The notes beneath the pieces were generated by a model. The model was not told where the DNA came from and searched no databases. It was given only the letters and a program-made list of their open reading frames with translations. A DNA stretch of 63,240 nt, the filler included, from Octopus bimaculoides (lineage: Eukaryota), in NCBI RefSeq assembly GCF_001194135.2. It is 8 parts of 7 records of this genome, joined end to end, with 100 filler letters (N's around TTAATTAATTAA, not from the genome) between each part and the next. Parts side by side here need not be neighbours in the genome. Positions count along the whole stretch, not along the records: positions 16,175 to 27,208 come from NC_068986.1; positions 27,309 to 40,577 come from NC_068995.1; 6 more parts are not named here. The stretch is one strand, 5' to 3'. This document shows, in pieces, positions 25,786 through 38,200 of the stretch; the first letter of the stretch is position 1; every line of letters starts with the position of its first letter. Made by a program: the position numbers and the translations under genes.

Positions 25786-26620
25786 TTATATTTTAAGGTT
25801 GTATTAAATATCAAGTGTCATTTAGTAAAATCACATGAAAGAAAATGTCATTGCATATACCGAAAAATATTATTACGTTTATTGCGAAAATATAATCAAA
25901 ATATTAAAACTGAACATAAATGTAAATTTGTTTTAATAGGTACTTCGGGACAATTTAAGAACATTCAAATATATATATATATATATATANNNNNNNNNNN
26001 NNNNNNTATATATTATATATATATATATATCCCTTGATAATATGTAAAAAGTGTATTTTTATTCAAAATCAAGATGTCTTCCAGATGGCCGTAGTTGTTC
26101 CACGCCTTACTTAGTCTTCCTCTTTATCTCAGGCATAATATTGTTATAACAGGCCACGTAAAGTTTGTTGGGCAAGGTTTAACTCTGTTTACCACACTTC
26201 AAACAAACTGGAAAAGTAATTATTAGTAATCCTTATTTTCATTATTCTATATCGCATATTGTGAACAATAACAACGTTGTTTACAGATTTTTCCAACTGC
26301 TAATTCCTTGTTCTACTGAATTTACGATGGCAGGAGTGACAAATTGTCTGTGACTTTTGATGGGGATAAAAATGAAGCGAATTCTCTTATTCATCGGTTT
26401 TCTCATTATGTTTACTGTTACTAAGAAATTAGTAGGGTAATTAACATTTTCGTTCGAGGCCTCCTCATACTCTCAACATTTTTAGTACTGGCCCACAGAG
26501 ATGTTGCAGATGCCAGTAAACTACGTGGGAGCAATTATAGTGTCTTTCATAAAAGCCAGGCGATGAAGCATCTCGTATGCTTAGTTTACAGAAACTTAAT
26601 CATATCCTGGTTCTGTCTTT

Positions 26621-26694
26621 TTGTTGGCACTCCGTCGCTTACGACATCGAGGGTTCCAGTTGATACGATCAACAGAACAGCCTGCTCATGAAAT
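26621..26694 (-). mobile_element. SINE family C tail fragment
   Basis: GGCACTCCGTCGCTTACGACATCGAGGGTTCCAGTTGAT, same as 22678 onward. Confidence 0.9.
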
Positions 26695-27153
26695 TGTAGC
26701 TCTAAATTTTCTTACTCTCAAATTCAGACGAAGATATATAACGTTCGACACATGCACATCTAAGTCCCCTCTTAGATATATTTGCATCAGATTCTATCCA
26801 CTCTTGAGTCCTCCAGTGGAATTCAATACCATTTCGTTCTATACATTCAGTTTGTCTTATCCACCTCGGTTACAAAAATGTGACCAGCTTTGGCCGTATG
26901 AGCCTGCGAAATAGCAGATAACAAAATACTGCTGCTTCTTTCATTGAAGTCAGTTATTATATTCGGATTGCAGAATCATGGTCATGCACTGCCATATAGG
27001 TATGTAAACATACTTGTTTCATGGCATTTTTCCATAATTCAGCCTATCACACACCTTTGAACTTCTTTATTGCTAAGTCGGGTATTTGTGTGATAATATG
27101 GTGCAAGCTAGACAAATTAAGATGTGCTACGTTCAACATCTGTACGAGCAAGT

Positions 27154-27208
<55 letters not shown>

Positions 27209-27308
27209 NNNNNNNNNNNNNNNNNNNNNNNNNNNNNNNNNNNNNNNNNNNNTTAATTAATTAANNNNNNNNNNNNNNNNNNNNNNNNNNNNNNNNNNNN
27301 NNNNNNNN

Positions 27309-27474
27309 GGCACCAGTGACATGTCGCAACTCATTTCTACAGCTAAGTGAACTGGAGCAATGTGAAATAAAGCGTCTTGCTCAAGAACTCAACAAACAGC
27401 CCGGTCCGAGAATTGAACTCACTACCTCATGACTGTGAGCCCGACGCTTTAATCACTGAGCCATGCGCCTTCAC
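27309..27474 (-). mobile_element. SINE family B (head and core; tail cut by gap)
   Basis: Minus strand GTGAAGGCGCATGGCTCAGTGATTAAAG..TTCAATTCTCGGACCGGG..TTGAGCAAGACGCTTTATTTCAC. Confidence 0.9.
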
Positions 27475-27554
27475 AATTCATAAGGGTTTTACCCTATTTT
27501 CCAAACTCTTCACAGCCATCCTACGTTCGAGAATTCCTTTATTTTCTGCAGAAT

Positions 27555-27587
<33 letters not shown>

Positions 27588-30469
27588 GAATATACAAGGA
27601 GTTTTCATCAGTTGATGTAATATAATAGGTACGTACTATGAGTGCTCTGTTTGGTTTACCCCTAAAACTCCACCTTGAACCGCAGCTAAAAAATGTGGTA
27701 CTGAAATTGCCTATCAAACATGACTAGAAGTGGTTTCTCCTTGGGAGGCTAGATAAAGATTAAAATAGAAAATGGAAAAGCAAAACTTTTGGCATCACTC
27801 GAAAAACATTTCATTTAGAGAGTATAAACGTATGCAGAATAGTTATGATAAAAGGATAAAGTCTCTTACAGCAGTTTCTATAATAGCCAAGCATATGGAT
27901 TACAAAATTGAGCAAGGATTCCCCATACGCTAAGTATTTCGCCATCGGAGAGAAAGATGTAAGAAAATATAGAATGAAGAATATCCCCCAATCGAAGATA
28001 TTACTTTCCAGTTTGTCGAGAAATGAAGTAAGGATCAGAATGAAAAGTATATGCGTTTGGTAGTTCTATGGTCAGAGAAATAATAAAGTTATAGGTAATG
28101 CATGAAGTCCATTAGCAGTTCCATTTGATGATAACCCATGGCAAAGTATAATGAGAGTTACTATAGTAACTTCCATTTTTCAATAAAAGGGAAATGGTAA
28201 CTTCCATTCAATTCAACGCACTTAAATACTGTAGTACCAACAATATTTACTTTAACACCACAAATTCTTTACCAACTCCAGTTGTTATTTTATCGACCCC
28301 CACCCTTCCACAATCACTGGTAAAGTCGATTCCTTTGAATTAAGGTGCAAAGAGGTGTAAGTTCCGTGAATAAAGACGAACCGTCGGCAGGACTTGAACT
28401 CTGATGTGAAATAACGTAACTAATACTGCTACCGCTGGATTAGGTTTATAATAGCATGCGAACTGAGTTAAGCGAGCGATGCTAATCGAAAGCGGCGAAC
28501 ATCTTACGTGTAAAGCCCAAATGAAGCAGATGATAGTAGTAGTAGGAGGAGGAGGTGGAGGAGGAATGAAGGAAACAGAAACGAAAGTAAAAGAGAGAAG
28601 AGACATTGAAAAGAAAGCTGAGATGCTGGAAAGAAGCGGGGGAGATTGAATATGGCGGTCGTCACTGATTCTGGTCATCCAGCGTTCATGCTAATATTAT
28701 TTCACTTTATTAGTTAGCAACTACTTTTGCAGTCTATTTATTTTTTAATGACATCAATCTGACAGTGATTTATTGTCTATTCTTTTACAATATGTATTAA
28801 CATAGTTTTTATCATGTTTACTGTTCATGTGGATGGCATTGTTGTTCTAACTGACGTTGTTATTCTTGTTGTTAACGTCGCTGTTGCTGTTGCTTTCACA
28901 TCTCATATTTGGATCAGAACTATTGTCAATTTTTTTTTTTTTAATGTTTTGTTTCAATGTATTTCAATTATCGTTCTCAGGTATGGAACTTTAAAAAAAT
29001 TGTGCGCGCGCGCATATCTGTGCATGTGTGTGTGTGTTCATGAATAAATTTCTCCATCAAGCAATAATGTTTATATTCTAAATACGATACGATTGCTTTG
29101 AGTTTGTGTATGCAATGCATGTGTGTTTGTTTATTTATACATGCGTGTATGTGTGTGTCTTTTTCCCTGTTTGTATGATTCTGGAATGCAATTTTGTTTG
29201 TGGTTTGTTATATTTCTAATGAATATAAATTCATTGCATTGCTAATATTCCTTGAGTTTGTTTTCTGTTGTTTCGAAATAAAGTAATTTACATACATTTT
29301 CGTGATATTTTATATTAATATTTTTAGAATGTTTATGTGTGTGCTATTTATTTTATTCACATCTTTTTTCAGTTTTAACAAATTTCCTTTTATTCACAAC
29401 CTTCCTTTTATAGTTAATTTAAAACAGATACTTAAGTTATTTTTTATTTTGCTTTAAATCCTTGATAAATCAAACATATTAAGTATAATTATCATGAGCA
29501 TCATGATAATTATTATTATTATTATTATCACCACCATTTTCATCATTATTATTTGCTGCGGACTTCTGTCTGGTGTGTTAAAATTATGCTGTGATATTTC
29601 TCGATGTTTTACAATTGAAGGAGTTTCGTTTTGAATTTTATTTCACACAGGGATTTTTAATGAATATTTGGAAGGTCCACCCCTCGCTGAGGTTAGAGAG
29701 CAAAGTCGCTATTCAAACGTCTAATACTAAAGATCAAGCTGCTTCTTTCGTTGCCCAAATCCCACCAGAGCATTACAGTAAAGAAAGCAAAACGAGCACT
29801 AAACAAATTGTAAGAAAAAAGAAACAAGCAAATGAACGAAGATCTTGAAATAACACTCCAACAGAAAAACTCAGCATAGTAAACGACATGCTTGATAGCA
29901 TCAAAGGCAAAAAAGAAAACAACAGTATGCATGCACTTACTGCTTTGAGCATAAACATGAATAACGAGAAGCTTTCTATCACAAACGTCTTTTCAATGAA
30001 AACTGAAGTAGGATATTTATTTGTAGAATATTTAGAATATTTTGCTGATAGTTGGCTGCATTTCACATTCAGAACAGTCCCCAGCTACAAAATTCGTATA
30101 ACGCTTTCTTATTCCATATAAGCAAAAACTGGAAAGTGCTCTGTCGGATATTTTAAGAGAAATAACTTTCATTGAAAAATAAATAATACTATACGTGATA
30201 GTTTTGATTAAAAGGACGGAGCGAAAGTGCTTCTACCCACGTTTAGAAGCCAAATCAGTAATGTAGACTATTTAATATTTATATATCTTACTTTAATTAG
30301 TTTTATAGTAATTTTTTATTCTGTGTAAATATTTAGGCAATATGAATTTTTAATTCGTCCCATTGTGTATTGTACATCTTTCACCTTTACTGTCGTCTTT
30401 CCGTAATTTCTTGCCCCACACGTCTTCGTAAGTTTCTTTACGCCAGTTAATAATTTCTAGAAATTCCTG

Positions 30470-31140
30470 GCCTCCCTTTACTACTGAGGGCATTGTAGGT
30501 GCGAAATAAGCTGTACAGGCACGGAGGTACCGTCAATTAGGCCAATCTGAAATGCGAGCAGAGCGACGAAAGTGTCATATACGCACTCGTTCAGTGCCCG
30601 AGCATTACTGGCTGGTAGAGTTGCATCGGACACTTCCTATCACGTGTAGGGCGGGTCTGGCGATTTGCTGACTCCACTGGGAAGATCTTCCCTCCGCCAT
30701 CCTTTGACCGATGAGGAGATACAGTGTTTATCTGTCTGGGGACCAGTGAAAAAGAATTTCTATAGGAGACAAGACTGAAAGAATTGAATATAGACAACTT
30801 CCTCTTTAGACATGCCCTCATCAACTATTTCAAGATTCACTTAAAAATTAAAATGAGGTGCAGAAAGAAGTGCAGTCACCTAGTAAATTTATTAAAAAGT
30901 GGATTGCAGTGGCAAGTATGGTCCGATTGAATGGGCCTACTTCGAGTATGCACCTTTACACTGAAGGAGGACAATAGGAAGAGAGCATGTGGTCAAGGTG
31001 AACGCGATTTTGTGGCATTTCCACAAGTAGCCCTCGGAGGTGTCTCCACTTTGGAGAAATTATTTCTTTTTGAATTTTTTTCGGTGTTTCTGTTACTTTA
31101 CTCCCCAATCATTTTGTGAGCCCTTAATGATTAATAAAGA
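30470..31140 (+). mobile_element. L1/Tx1-like LINE ORF2 3' end remnant with 3' UTR
   Basis: RAL*VRNKLYRHG..CEQSDESVIYALVQCPSITGW (C-terminal zinc-knuckle pattern C..C...ET..HAL..CP...W); later LINYFKIHLKIK..KFIKKW; AATAAA at ~31134. Confidence 0.75.
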
Positions 31141-31547
31141 AAACTGCAGCAGCAGTAGTAGTAGTAGCAGCAGCAGCATCGGGATCCTTATGATTATTCC
31201 TTCTGCTGCGGAGTCTGCCGGTGAGCTGATGCAAAAGAAGGTCAGGAAAGGAATTGTTGCTTTCAGCTACCTGCGCGGCGAGATTGTTAGAGCACATTAT
31301 TTACAAGAAATATGTGTTTGGTATCAAATATATATGAAGCGAAGAAGTATATAAAGTATAGCTTACATTTAATGGGGGAGCCCATTTTTAAGATATATCA
31401 CCTTAATTTACAGGTAATTTGTAATCCACATTGAGATTAAGATGGCTCTTCGTAGTATGCGTGCAATGTTGGTTAATACTATTTCTTCCTAGGAAATGGT
31501 TCACCTGAGTTATTTCTAGGATGATTCTTACATTCTTTCCTTATTAA

Positions 31548-31830
31548 TGTGCTAGATTGACCGAGCGCTCGAGCGTCGGACAAAATTCTTTGCTCATTTC
31601 AGATCTCTATGTTCTATGTTCATATCTGGCCCAGGTCGATAAAATAAAGTACTATTTAAGTACTATATGTTAATTTTATCGACTGTTCTCAAAATTTTCT
31701 GGCCTTGTTAGAAATTATTATTCAGCTTTAGGGGCTGCATGGCAGAATCGGTAAAGCATTCTTACAAAAAATACCTTGAGTTCATATCTTGCCAACGCAT
31801 CCTTTCAGATGTCGACAAAAAAATTCAAAA
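31548..31830 (+). mobile_element. Two degraded SINE family A fragments
   Basis: CCAGGTCGATAAAATAAAGTAC..; TGGCAGAATCGGTAAAGC..TTGAGTTCATATC. Confidence 0.55.
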
Positions 31831-32226
31831 TCTGATAATGGATTTACATTTAAACTGTCTGCATCCTTCCTCGTAAATTTTTCTCCTTGTGCTATTGTTG
31901 AAAAAAATCATCACCTTATCCAGCTTTTAAATTAGTCTCCATAAACCCTGAAATAGTATGGTTGTCAAATTTATTAGCAAAGGCTTGTCACACATGTTGA
32001 GCCTCCTCAAATGTGGTGCGTCATACTTATGCAAAAACACCTATAATTTTATTTTGATGATGATGATGTTACAATTTTAATATGCAATAAAATAGAAGAT
32101 AAAATCAAAATCTAAATAAAACAACATTATGAAAATTAAATACAGATTTATGGAAAAATATGAACAGGTTACTTTATAAAAAGTGGAATGTTGGTTCATT
32201 TTGTTTGTTTGTGGAGTTTTACTTAC

Positions 32227-32267
32227 CGTTCAGTATTTAAAGTGTTTAGAGATGTATCAGAGAAAAT
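32227..32267 (-). CDS. Candidate 41-nt internal exon (IFSDTSLNTLNTE), host unknown
   Basis: Acceptor TCTATTCCACAG, donor G|GTAAGT, one open frame; could be chance. Confidence 0.25.
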
Positions 32268-32507
32268 CTGTGGAATAGATTTAAATTTATATCAGGCAAA
32301 TTGTCTGGAATTATTAAGCAACATCCCTTAACATTCTAAGCTTCAAATTCCGCCGCGGATTTGAGATCAATTAAATAAATAGCAATCAAGTATCCGAATT
32401 TATTAAATCAATCACATCAATCAAATTCCTTCCTTAAAACTGGCGTTATTTTCTATCTTTTATATCTTACTTGTTTCTGTCAGTGTGTGTGTGTGTGTGT
32501 GAAATTT

Positions 32508-32980
32508 GGGATCTTTTCCCTTTGAACGGCAGATCAAGAAATTAATTTTTTGTAACTAAACACTTTCAAACTTCGGACACTGGTAGAATGTGTCATATAA
32601 AACATCTTTTACTCTTAGTGCTGTTGAGAAAATTTTCTATTTTAAAAGATATTTCGTGTTAAAGTAGTCGTACTTCGGTAAGTTCAACCAATCAATGACG
32701 TGTATTCAGCTGAATGATATTACTGCCGTTGTTTGTCAACAACAACTATCGTCGGTGTATAGTTCCTTTGTCACTGTTATTTATGACATCGTTCGTGCGT
32801 TTGTACTGGTTTTAGGCTTAGGGTTTTAGGGTTAGGGTTTTAGAGTTAGGGTTTTAGGGTTAAGATTTTAGGGTTACGGTTAGGGTTTAGGGTTAGGGTT
32901 AGGGTTGGGATTTTAGGGTTAGAGTTACGGAAAAAAGTGAAAATTGAAGAATTTGGAGGGGAGCGGGACAATGTAATCTC
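32508..32980. mobile_element. Non-autonomous DNA-type element carrying a telomere-like (TTAGGG/TTTTAGGG) array (32810-32929)
   Basis: Array read directly; ends TTT|GGGATC and ATCTC|AAA form a short imperfect inverted pair; superfamily (Helentron/HINE-like or other) unresolved. Confidence 0.6.
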
Positions 32981-33362
32981 AAACAAATAAAAAGAAGTTA
33001 TGGTCACGGCTTGACCACGTTTGATCAGAGTCCGTTCTGATTGAATGGATTTATGGTTAAATATTTTTAAGCTATGATGATCTTGAAGAAATGTACTTCA
33101 GACTACATTCATGATAGCACGTCCAATGACGACATAGAAGTTTTTTCCTTCTAGGTTAGTGCCGTGGTAAATGTTGAAGGAGCAAGTGATAATCTTCCAG
33201 GCAGCTGAGACGCGATTTCATTACCTGATTAAGACCATATCACTTTACGAACAACAATAATATGCTTGGGATAGTCATGAATGTCACATCTTATTTCCAC
33301 TTTTCTGTAATGTGTGAAAATTTTTTGTGGTTAAAAAGGAATTAATATTAGGGTACCGGAAG

Positions 33363-33560
33363 GTGAGTATTTGGCAGATTTGTTAGGGTAATCGGACAAG
33401 ATACCTCGCAGTATTTAGTTACAGTACTTTGCGTCTTGAGTTCAAATCCTGAGGTTGACGTTGCCTCGTCTGAAACCAATAAAATAAAGGACCAGTCAAG
33501 TACGAGAATTCATTTAATCGACTATCCCTACCAAAATATGTAGCCTTGTACTAACATTTC
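33363..33560 (+). mobile_element. SINE family A, degraded
   Basis: TTGGCAGATTTGTTAG..TTGAGTTCAAATCC..AATAAAATAAAGGACCAGT..TAATCGACT. Confidence 0.75.
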
Positions 33561-33574
33561 TTTCTAACTTTTTG

Positions 33575-33778
33575 CATAAAGCCAGCAATTTTGAGGGAAG
33601 GATGGAAGTCGACGACATTGATTCCAGTACTCAACTGGTACTTATTTTCTCGACCACCGAAAGGATGAAAGGCGAAGTCGACTTTGGCAGCATTTGAACT
33701 CAGAATGTGAAACCGGAAGGAATGATGCCAAGTATTTTGTTCGGCGAGCTAACGTTTCTACCAGCTCGCCACCTTAAC
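33575..33778 (-). mobile_element. SINE family A, full length
   Basis: Minus strand TTAAGGTGGCGAGCTGGTAGAAACGTTAGC..TTCTGAGTTCAAAT..GCCTTTCATCCTTTCGG. Confidence 0.9.
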
Positions 33779-33930
33779 CATGTACCAATGTTAGAAATCA
33801 ATACAATGGGTCCGAACAACCAATTTAAAATCGGCGGTTCATATATCGTCATTAGCTCAATATTTGAATACTAAACTCTCTGACAGATTAGATATCGTAT
33901 TACATTATGTATGTTAAAATGTGTCTATTT

Positions 33931-34205
33931 ACTCGTGGATTAGTGGTTATTATATTTGGCTTCCGACCGTAAGGTTGTGAGATCGATTGCAGGCAGCGCG
34001 TTGCATCCTTGAGTCATTTTATTTCACGTTGTTCCAGTTCCATCTACTGGTAAAAATGAGTTGTACCTGTATTTCAAAGGGCCAGCCTTATCATATTCTG
34101 TGTTACGCTGAATCTCCCTGAGGATTTCTCTAAGAGTATACGTGTCTGCGGAGTGCTCAGTCATTTGCATGTTAATTTCACGAGCAGGCCGTTCCCTTGA
34201 ACAGG
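33931..34205 (+). mobile_element. Chimeric SINE: family B head with family C tail
   Basis: Head GTGGATTAGTGGTTA..GCATCCTTGAG..TTTCACGTTG, then TGTACCTGTATTTCAAAGGGCCAGCC..CACGAGCAGGC as in family C. Confidence 0.85.
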
Positions 34206-34420
34206 ACACACACCAGGCATTCCATTCATTTCCCAGCTCAAAGAGTCAACCCTGTCCTATGTTCGAGTCAAGGCATAGAACGCAACTCCCAATATCAGCA
34301 GCGGAGCCCAACAGCATATGCTGGTTAAGCCCCGCCAAATCATGTTGGTTCCGTGCCCCTTTCAGCAACATCAAATTCACTCATCCGTCCACAAACACTC
34401 TCCAATTTCTGATTCAATTC

Positions 34421-34455
<35 letters not shown>

Positions 34456-34535
34456 TCTGTGTATCTGTGTCTGTGTATGTGCGTGTGTTTATTTGCGTGT
34501 GTGTGCTTCTGTGTATTTGTCTTTGTGTGCGTATC

Positions 34536-34568
<33 letters not shown>

Positions 34569-35299
34569 ATGTGTTGGTGTGTGCACGCTTGTGTCTGTTT
34601 GTATCACGGTGTGCCTGTGTGTATGCCTCTCTGTGAATGGGAGTATGTTTGTATGTGTGTTTAGTAAATGTGTGCGCCACAGTGTGTGTGTGTGTGTGTC
34701 TGTGTGTGTGTGCGTGTGTGTGCGCGCGCTTGCGTGTGTGTATGTGTGTAATTATGACTTACAGAGGGATTAGCTTCATCAAATTGACCTACCAGGCATA
34801 CCTTACATGAAAAATCAACCAGCGTAAATAGCCTCTGTATGATAACTCGATGTCCTTAAAATATCAGCCAACTTCCCTTAAGAAAGGGAAAAGAAACACT
34901 TTGAACTATGTAGTCCATGAAATACACAGAGACTAGATGGTCATAACTGGAACGACTTGGACTATACATATCCTGACGTGCACCAAGAGGAAACCAAGGA
35001 GGGAATCTCTGAAAGGATACTGGACATGCTAAAGGTAGTAGCCAAACCTCCCGCAAATCAGACTATGATCTTCAAAAGAAGATAATGTAATTCTAGTACT
35101 ATGTTTCTTTTATTTAGACACATGGCCTTTATAGAAAGGGGACACCACAAGGACAGACAAAACAATACATGGGGTACATATAAACATATAACTAATGAAT
35201 TATGAATATGAAAATAATGAGAATGGAATGGCTTTCCTACCCTGCAAAGTAGGTAGTTCCATTTTACTATTTTTACACAGTTTGTATTGTGTTCACAAT

Positions 35300-36110
35300 G
35301 TCATACCAAAAAATCCATTAAATCATCGAATGCTATCACAGATGGCAATTCGTCGTATCGAAATCGAAGTCCTGTTGTTTCCATTCTGTCTCCAAATATT
35401 TCCTTCAGCCTTCCTTCTTTATCATCCTCCAACAACACCGCTTTCTCATTTCGATTCTCCTCCTTGTCGGCCAGTTTGATCCTTATAACACTTTTCATTT
35501 TGGAAATTCTCTTCTCTATTTCCACACTCTTTCTGTAACAAACCACCACTCTTTCGTGTTTCCCCTTCGGTGGTTTTCTCGGCTGTAACACCTCACTCTC
35601 TACCTCTGTTGCTCGTATTCTCGTCTCTGTTTGTTCTTCCTTCTCACTTTCCAATCTCCTCTTCCGTCTTTCCTCCTCCTTACTAATTGAAGGCTCTGGT
35701 CTTTGAGTTCGTTCTTCCGTTGGTTCCTCATTTTTTCTTTTCGCATTCTTGTTTTCCTCTGCCTTTCTCTTCTTTTTAAGTGGAGATTCCACGTTACTTC
35801 TCCTTTCCACCACTCCTCCATTTCCTCCTCTGCAGTTGCAATCTCTTCTTCCCGACTCTCCTTCTCCGCCTCCTCCTGTTCGCGTTTCTGGGGACACATT
35901 GCTTCCATGTGTCCCCTTATTCCACATGCGTAGCATACCGGAGGTCTCCCTTCTACAACAATTCTCAGTCTCGTGTCATCAGCTAGCACCAGCTCTTCTG
36001 CAATTTTATGAAGGTCTGGCAGGCTAATATGGACCCGAACCTCCAGTTCATACGAACAACTCAACACCAACTCGACGTCTAGACTGCCAAAATTCTAGTA
36101 CTAGGCAACA
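35300..36110 (-). mobile_element. L1/Tx1-like ORF1 remnant (zinc knuckle and charged tail)
   Basis: ORF 35600..36070: RLRIVVEGRPPVCYACGIRGHMEAMCPQK (CX2CX4HX4C), followed by an E/K/R-rich region. Confidence 0.8.
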
Positions 36111-36149
36111 TTGTGGGACGAAAGAGCCAATGAAAGAGTCTTTAGCGGC

Positions 36150-36322
36150 CGCTCTGCCTGCTAAAATTAGCAGCTAAATTTGTCATATTGTCTTCAAAAA
36201 AGACACATTATATAATTTAGTTTGAGGTACGTAAAGTCTAAAAATAGACAGGTTAGTCACGGCTAGAACTACTTTCTTGATAGATCCATCTGATCAGGGC
36301 TAACCTAGTGCTAAAAACAACT
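36150..36322 (-). mobile_element. Repeat family F fragment
   Basis: CCTGCTAAAATTAGCAGCTAAAT..GGTTAGTCACGGCT..GATCAGGGCTAACC. Confidence 0.55.
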
Positions 36323-37299
36323 CATAAAGAACAAGTCTTCAATAATTGTTCTTACTATTTTTTATTATTTATAATTTCTCTTCGAATTTCCCTCCAGAAT
36401 TGGTAAGATATGTACCAGTTCTCTGCTGCGGTAAAAAAAAAAAAAGAATTCAAATGAACCTCTCTCAACATCTGTCTCCATGCATTTTTGTGGATTTGTA
36501 ACAATTTATAACAAATTTCTGTCCTATACTATTGCACGAGATGATGGACTTGTCAACAGCAATAAATTTTGTGCAAATAAAATACACAAATTGATTGGTT
36601 TATTATGTCAGATATAAAACCTATATGACAGTTTATCCTTCGCAATTGTCATCACAGCAGAAGATATGACGCTATTGCAATCTTTTCTAATCATTGGCTT
36701 GTAATTTATTCCATTTATATAACTTCTATCCTTTCTTTCATTCGCTCTGCTTTCTTCTCTTTGTTTTCTTTCTGTTTACATCTGTTTATATCTACCAGAC
36801 CCGCAGCAGTAGTGTTGTTAGCTTTTTAGTTATTATCTCCTCATAAAGCGCCATTTTCCACGATTAGAGAGAATGGGCTCACTAACAAATGTTTAGTCAA
36901 TTCTTTCGTACGACAGACTACGGTCGCCTCGCTATTTACTCTAGTTTGGACATAGAGACAAGGAGATGTATGCCTGAAAAACGCAGATGTGTTCTTTGTT
37001 TAAGTAATTAGAAAACTGTGCCTTATTGATTGAATTGTGTGGCGTTAATTCAATTCTGACATTCCTTTGGCACCTCAAAATATATTAAGCAATGACCTTA
37101 AACTGTATTTTAGTATAAATATTATTGCCATAAGTTAATGAGAATAAAATTCTCCAGTTTGCTTTTACGCATTTATATATTTCCTCTCTAAAACGTTTTG
37201 TCTTAGCTGTTATGCGTAATTTATGAATAATTGCATTTTTATGGAGATATTCTACAATGTTCGTTGACACAATTTCTTTGTTTAATTTGGCTAACTTGT

Positions 37300-38200
37300 G
37301 AAAGTTTGCAGTACAACCATATTAAGATGTGTTTAGTCCGTTGCTTCTGTTATACTGTTGCAGCTATTTCCTTTGTTCTTGCTTTGGAGGTTGTTAGAGT
37401 TGGCAGTAGTGGCAGGGAGGGACTTCTTTCATATACCCTTTGTTGCGGGCAGAAAGCCCTTACGTAGTTGGTTGCATCACACATGTGGCATATTGGACTT
37501 CGTTCCTCTATCGCCACAAACAAAAGGATTCCATCTGTAAAATTAATCAAGTTAGAAATTTCTCCTGATCTGTTTGGATCGAGGGTTCCGTTTCTCTCCT
37601 CAGCCAGTTCTTGTGCATCTAATATTGTGGTTTCCTCTTCAGTGACGGTCAATACGTCTCTCACCAACCAGCATATGTTCATTTCTGGTGGCACACCTAC
37701 AACTCTCACCTTCGACCAAGATATAAGTTGTCAAGAGCTTAATTCCTCGCTTCTGAGTGAAGCTATTGAGTGAGGTGTTTTTGTTTCGATCCCTGTGGGG
37801 AATCTGACCTTACCATTTTCAGGCACAGATTTCAGGCACCTTTCTACTTGGAATCGCAGTGATTTCTTTCCACCCGTCTATTTTCCGCCCTATGCACCAA
37901 TAGATTACCGTACGCCTCCTAGTTTCTTGTGTAATTTTATCTGTTATAGTGAAACTCACTCTTCGTCCTTCTCTGGTTAGCAAATGTTTCGATTGCAATG
38001 AGCCTTCTATTGTTAATCTTATAAACAATATCTTTTGATATCCTCGTTACTGTAACAAAGGATCTTGTTTTCACAAACGCTCCATTGTAACCTTTGCTGT
38101 CTCTATTGCTGTTGTTTTCAGCACTGACGGAGTGTGTGGCTGCAAGAATTATCCAGGAGTTGGGGGAGAGTGCATAAGCCGGGGGGGTTGTATTTTTGAG
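37300..38200 (-). mobile_element. Second, more degraded L1/Tx1-like ORF1 remnant
   Basis: KVRVVGVPPEMNICWL..VAIEERSPICHMCDATNYVRAFCPQ (degenerate CCHC) in ORF 37350..37709; upstream frameshifted pieces. Confidence 0.7.

Noticed and set aside
29651-29691. Possible plus-strand exon IFNEYLEGPPLAE (also weak candidates near 8190, 9640 and 45290)
   Set aside because: Within chance expectation for short open segments with AG/GT ends in AT-rich DNA
31150-31310. Short minus-strand ORF MCSNNLAAQVAESNNSFPDLLLHQLTGRLRSRR
   Set aside because: Under 60 aa, runs into a trinucleotide repeat, no donor site and no recognisable homology
32810-32929. True telomere or fusion scar
   Set aside because: Short, mixed-unit, single-orientation array embedded within element-like flanks
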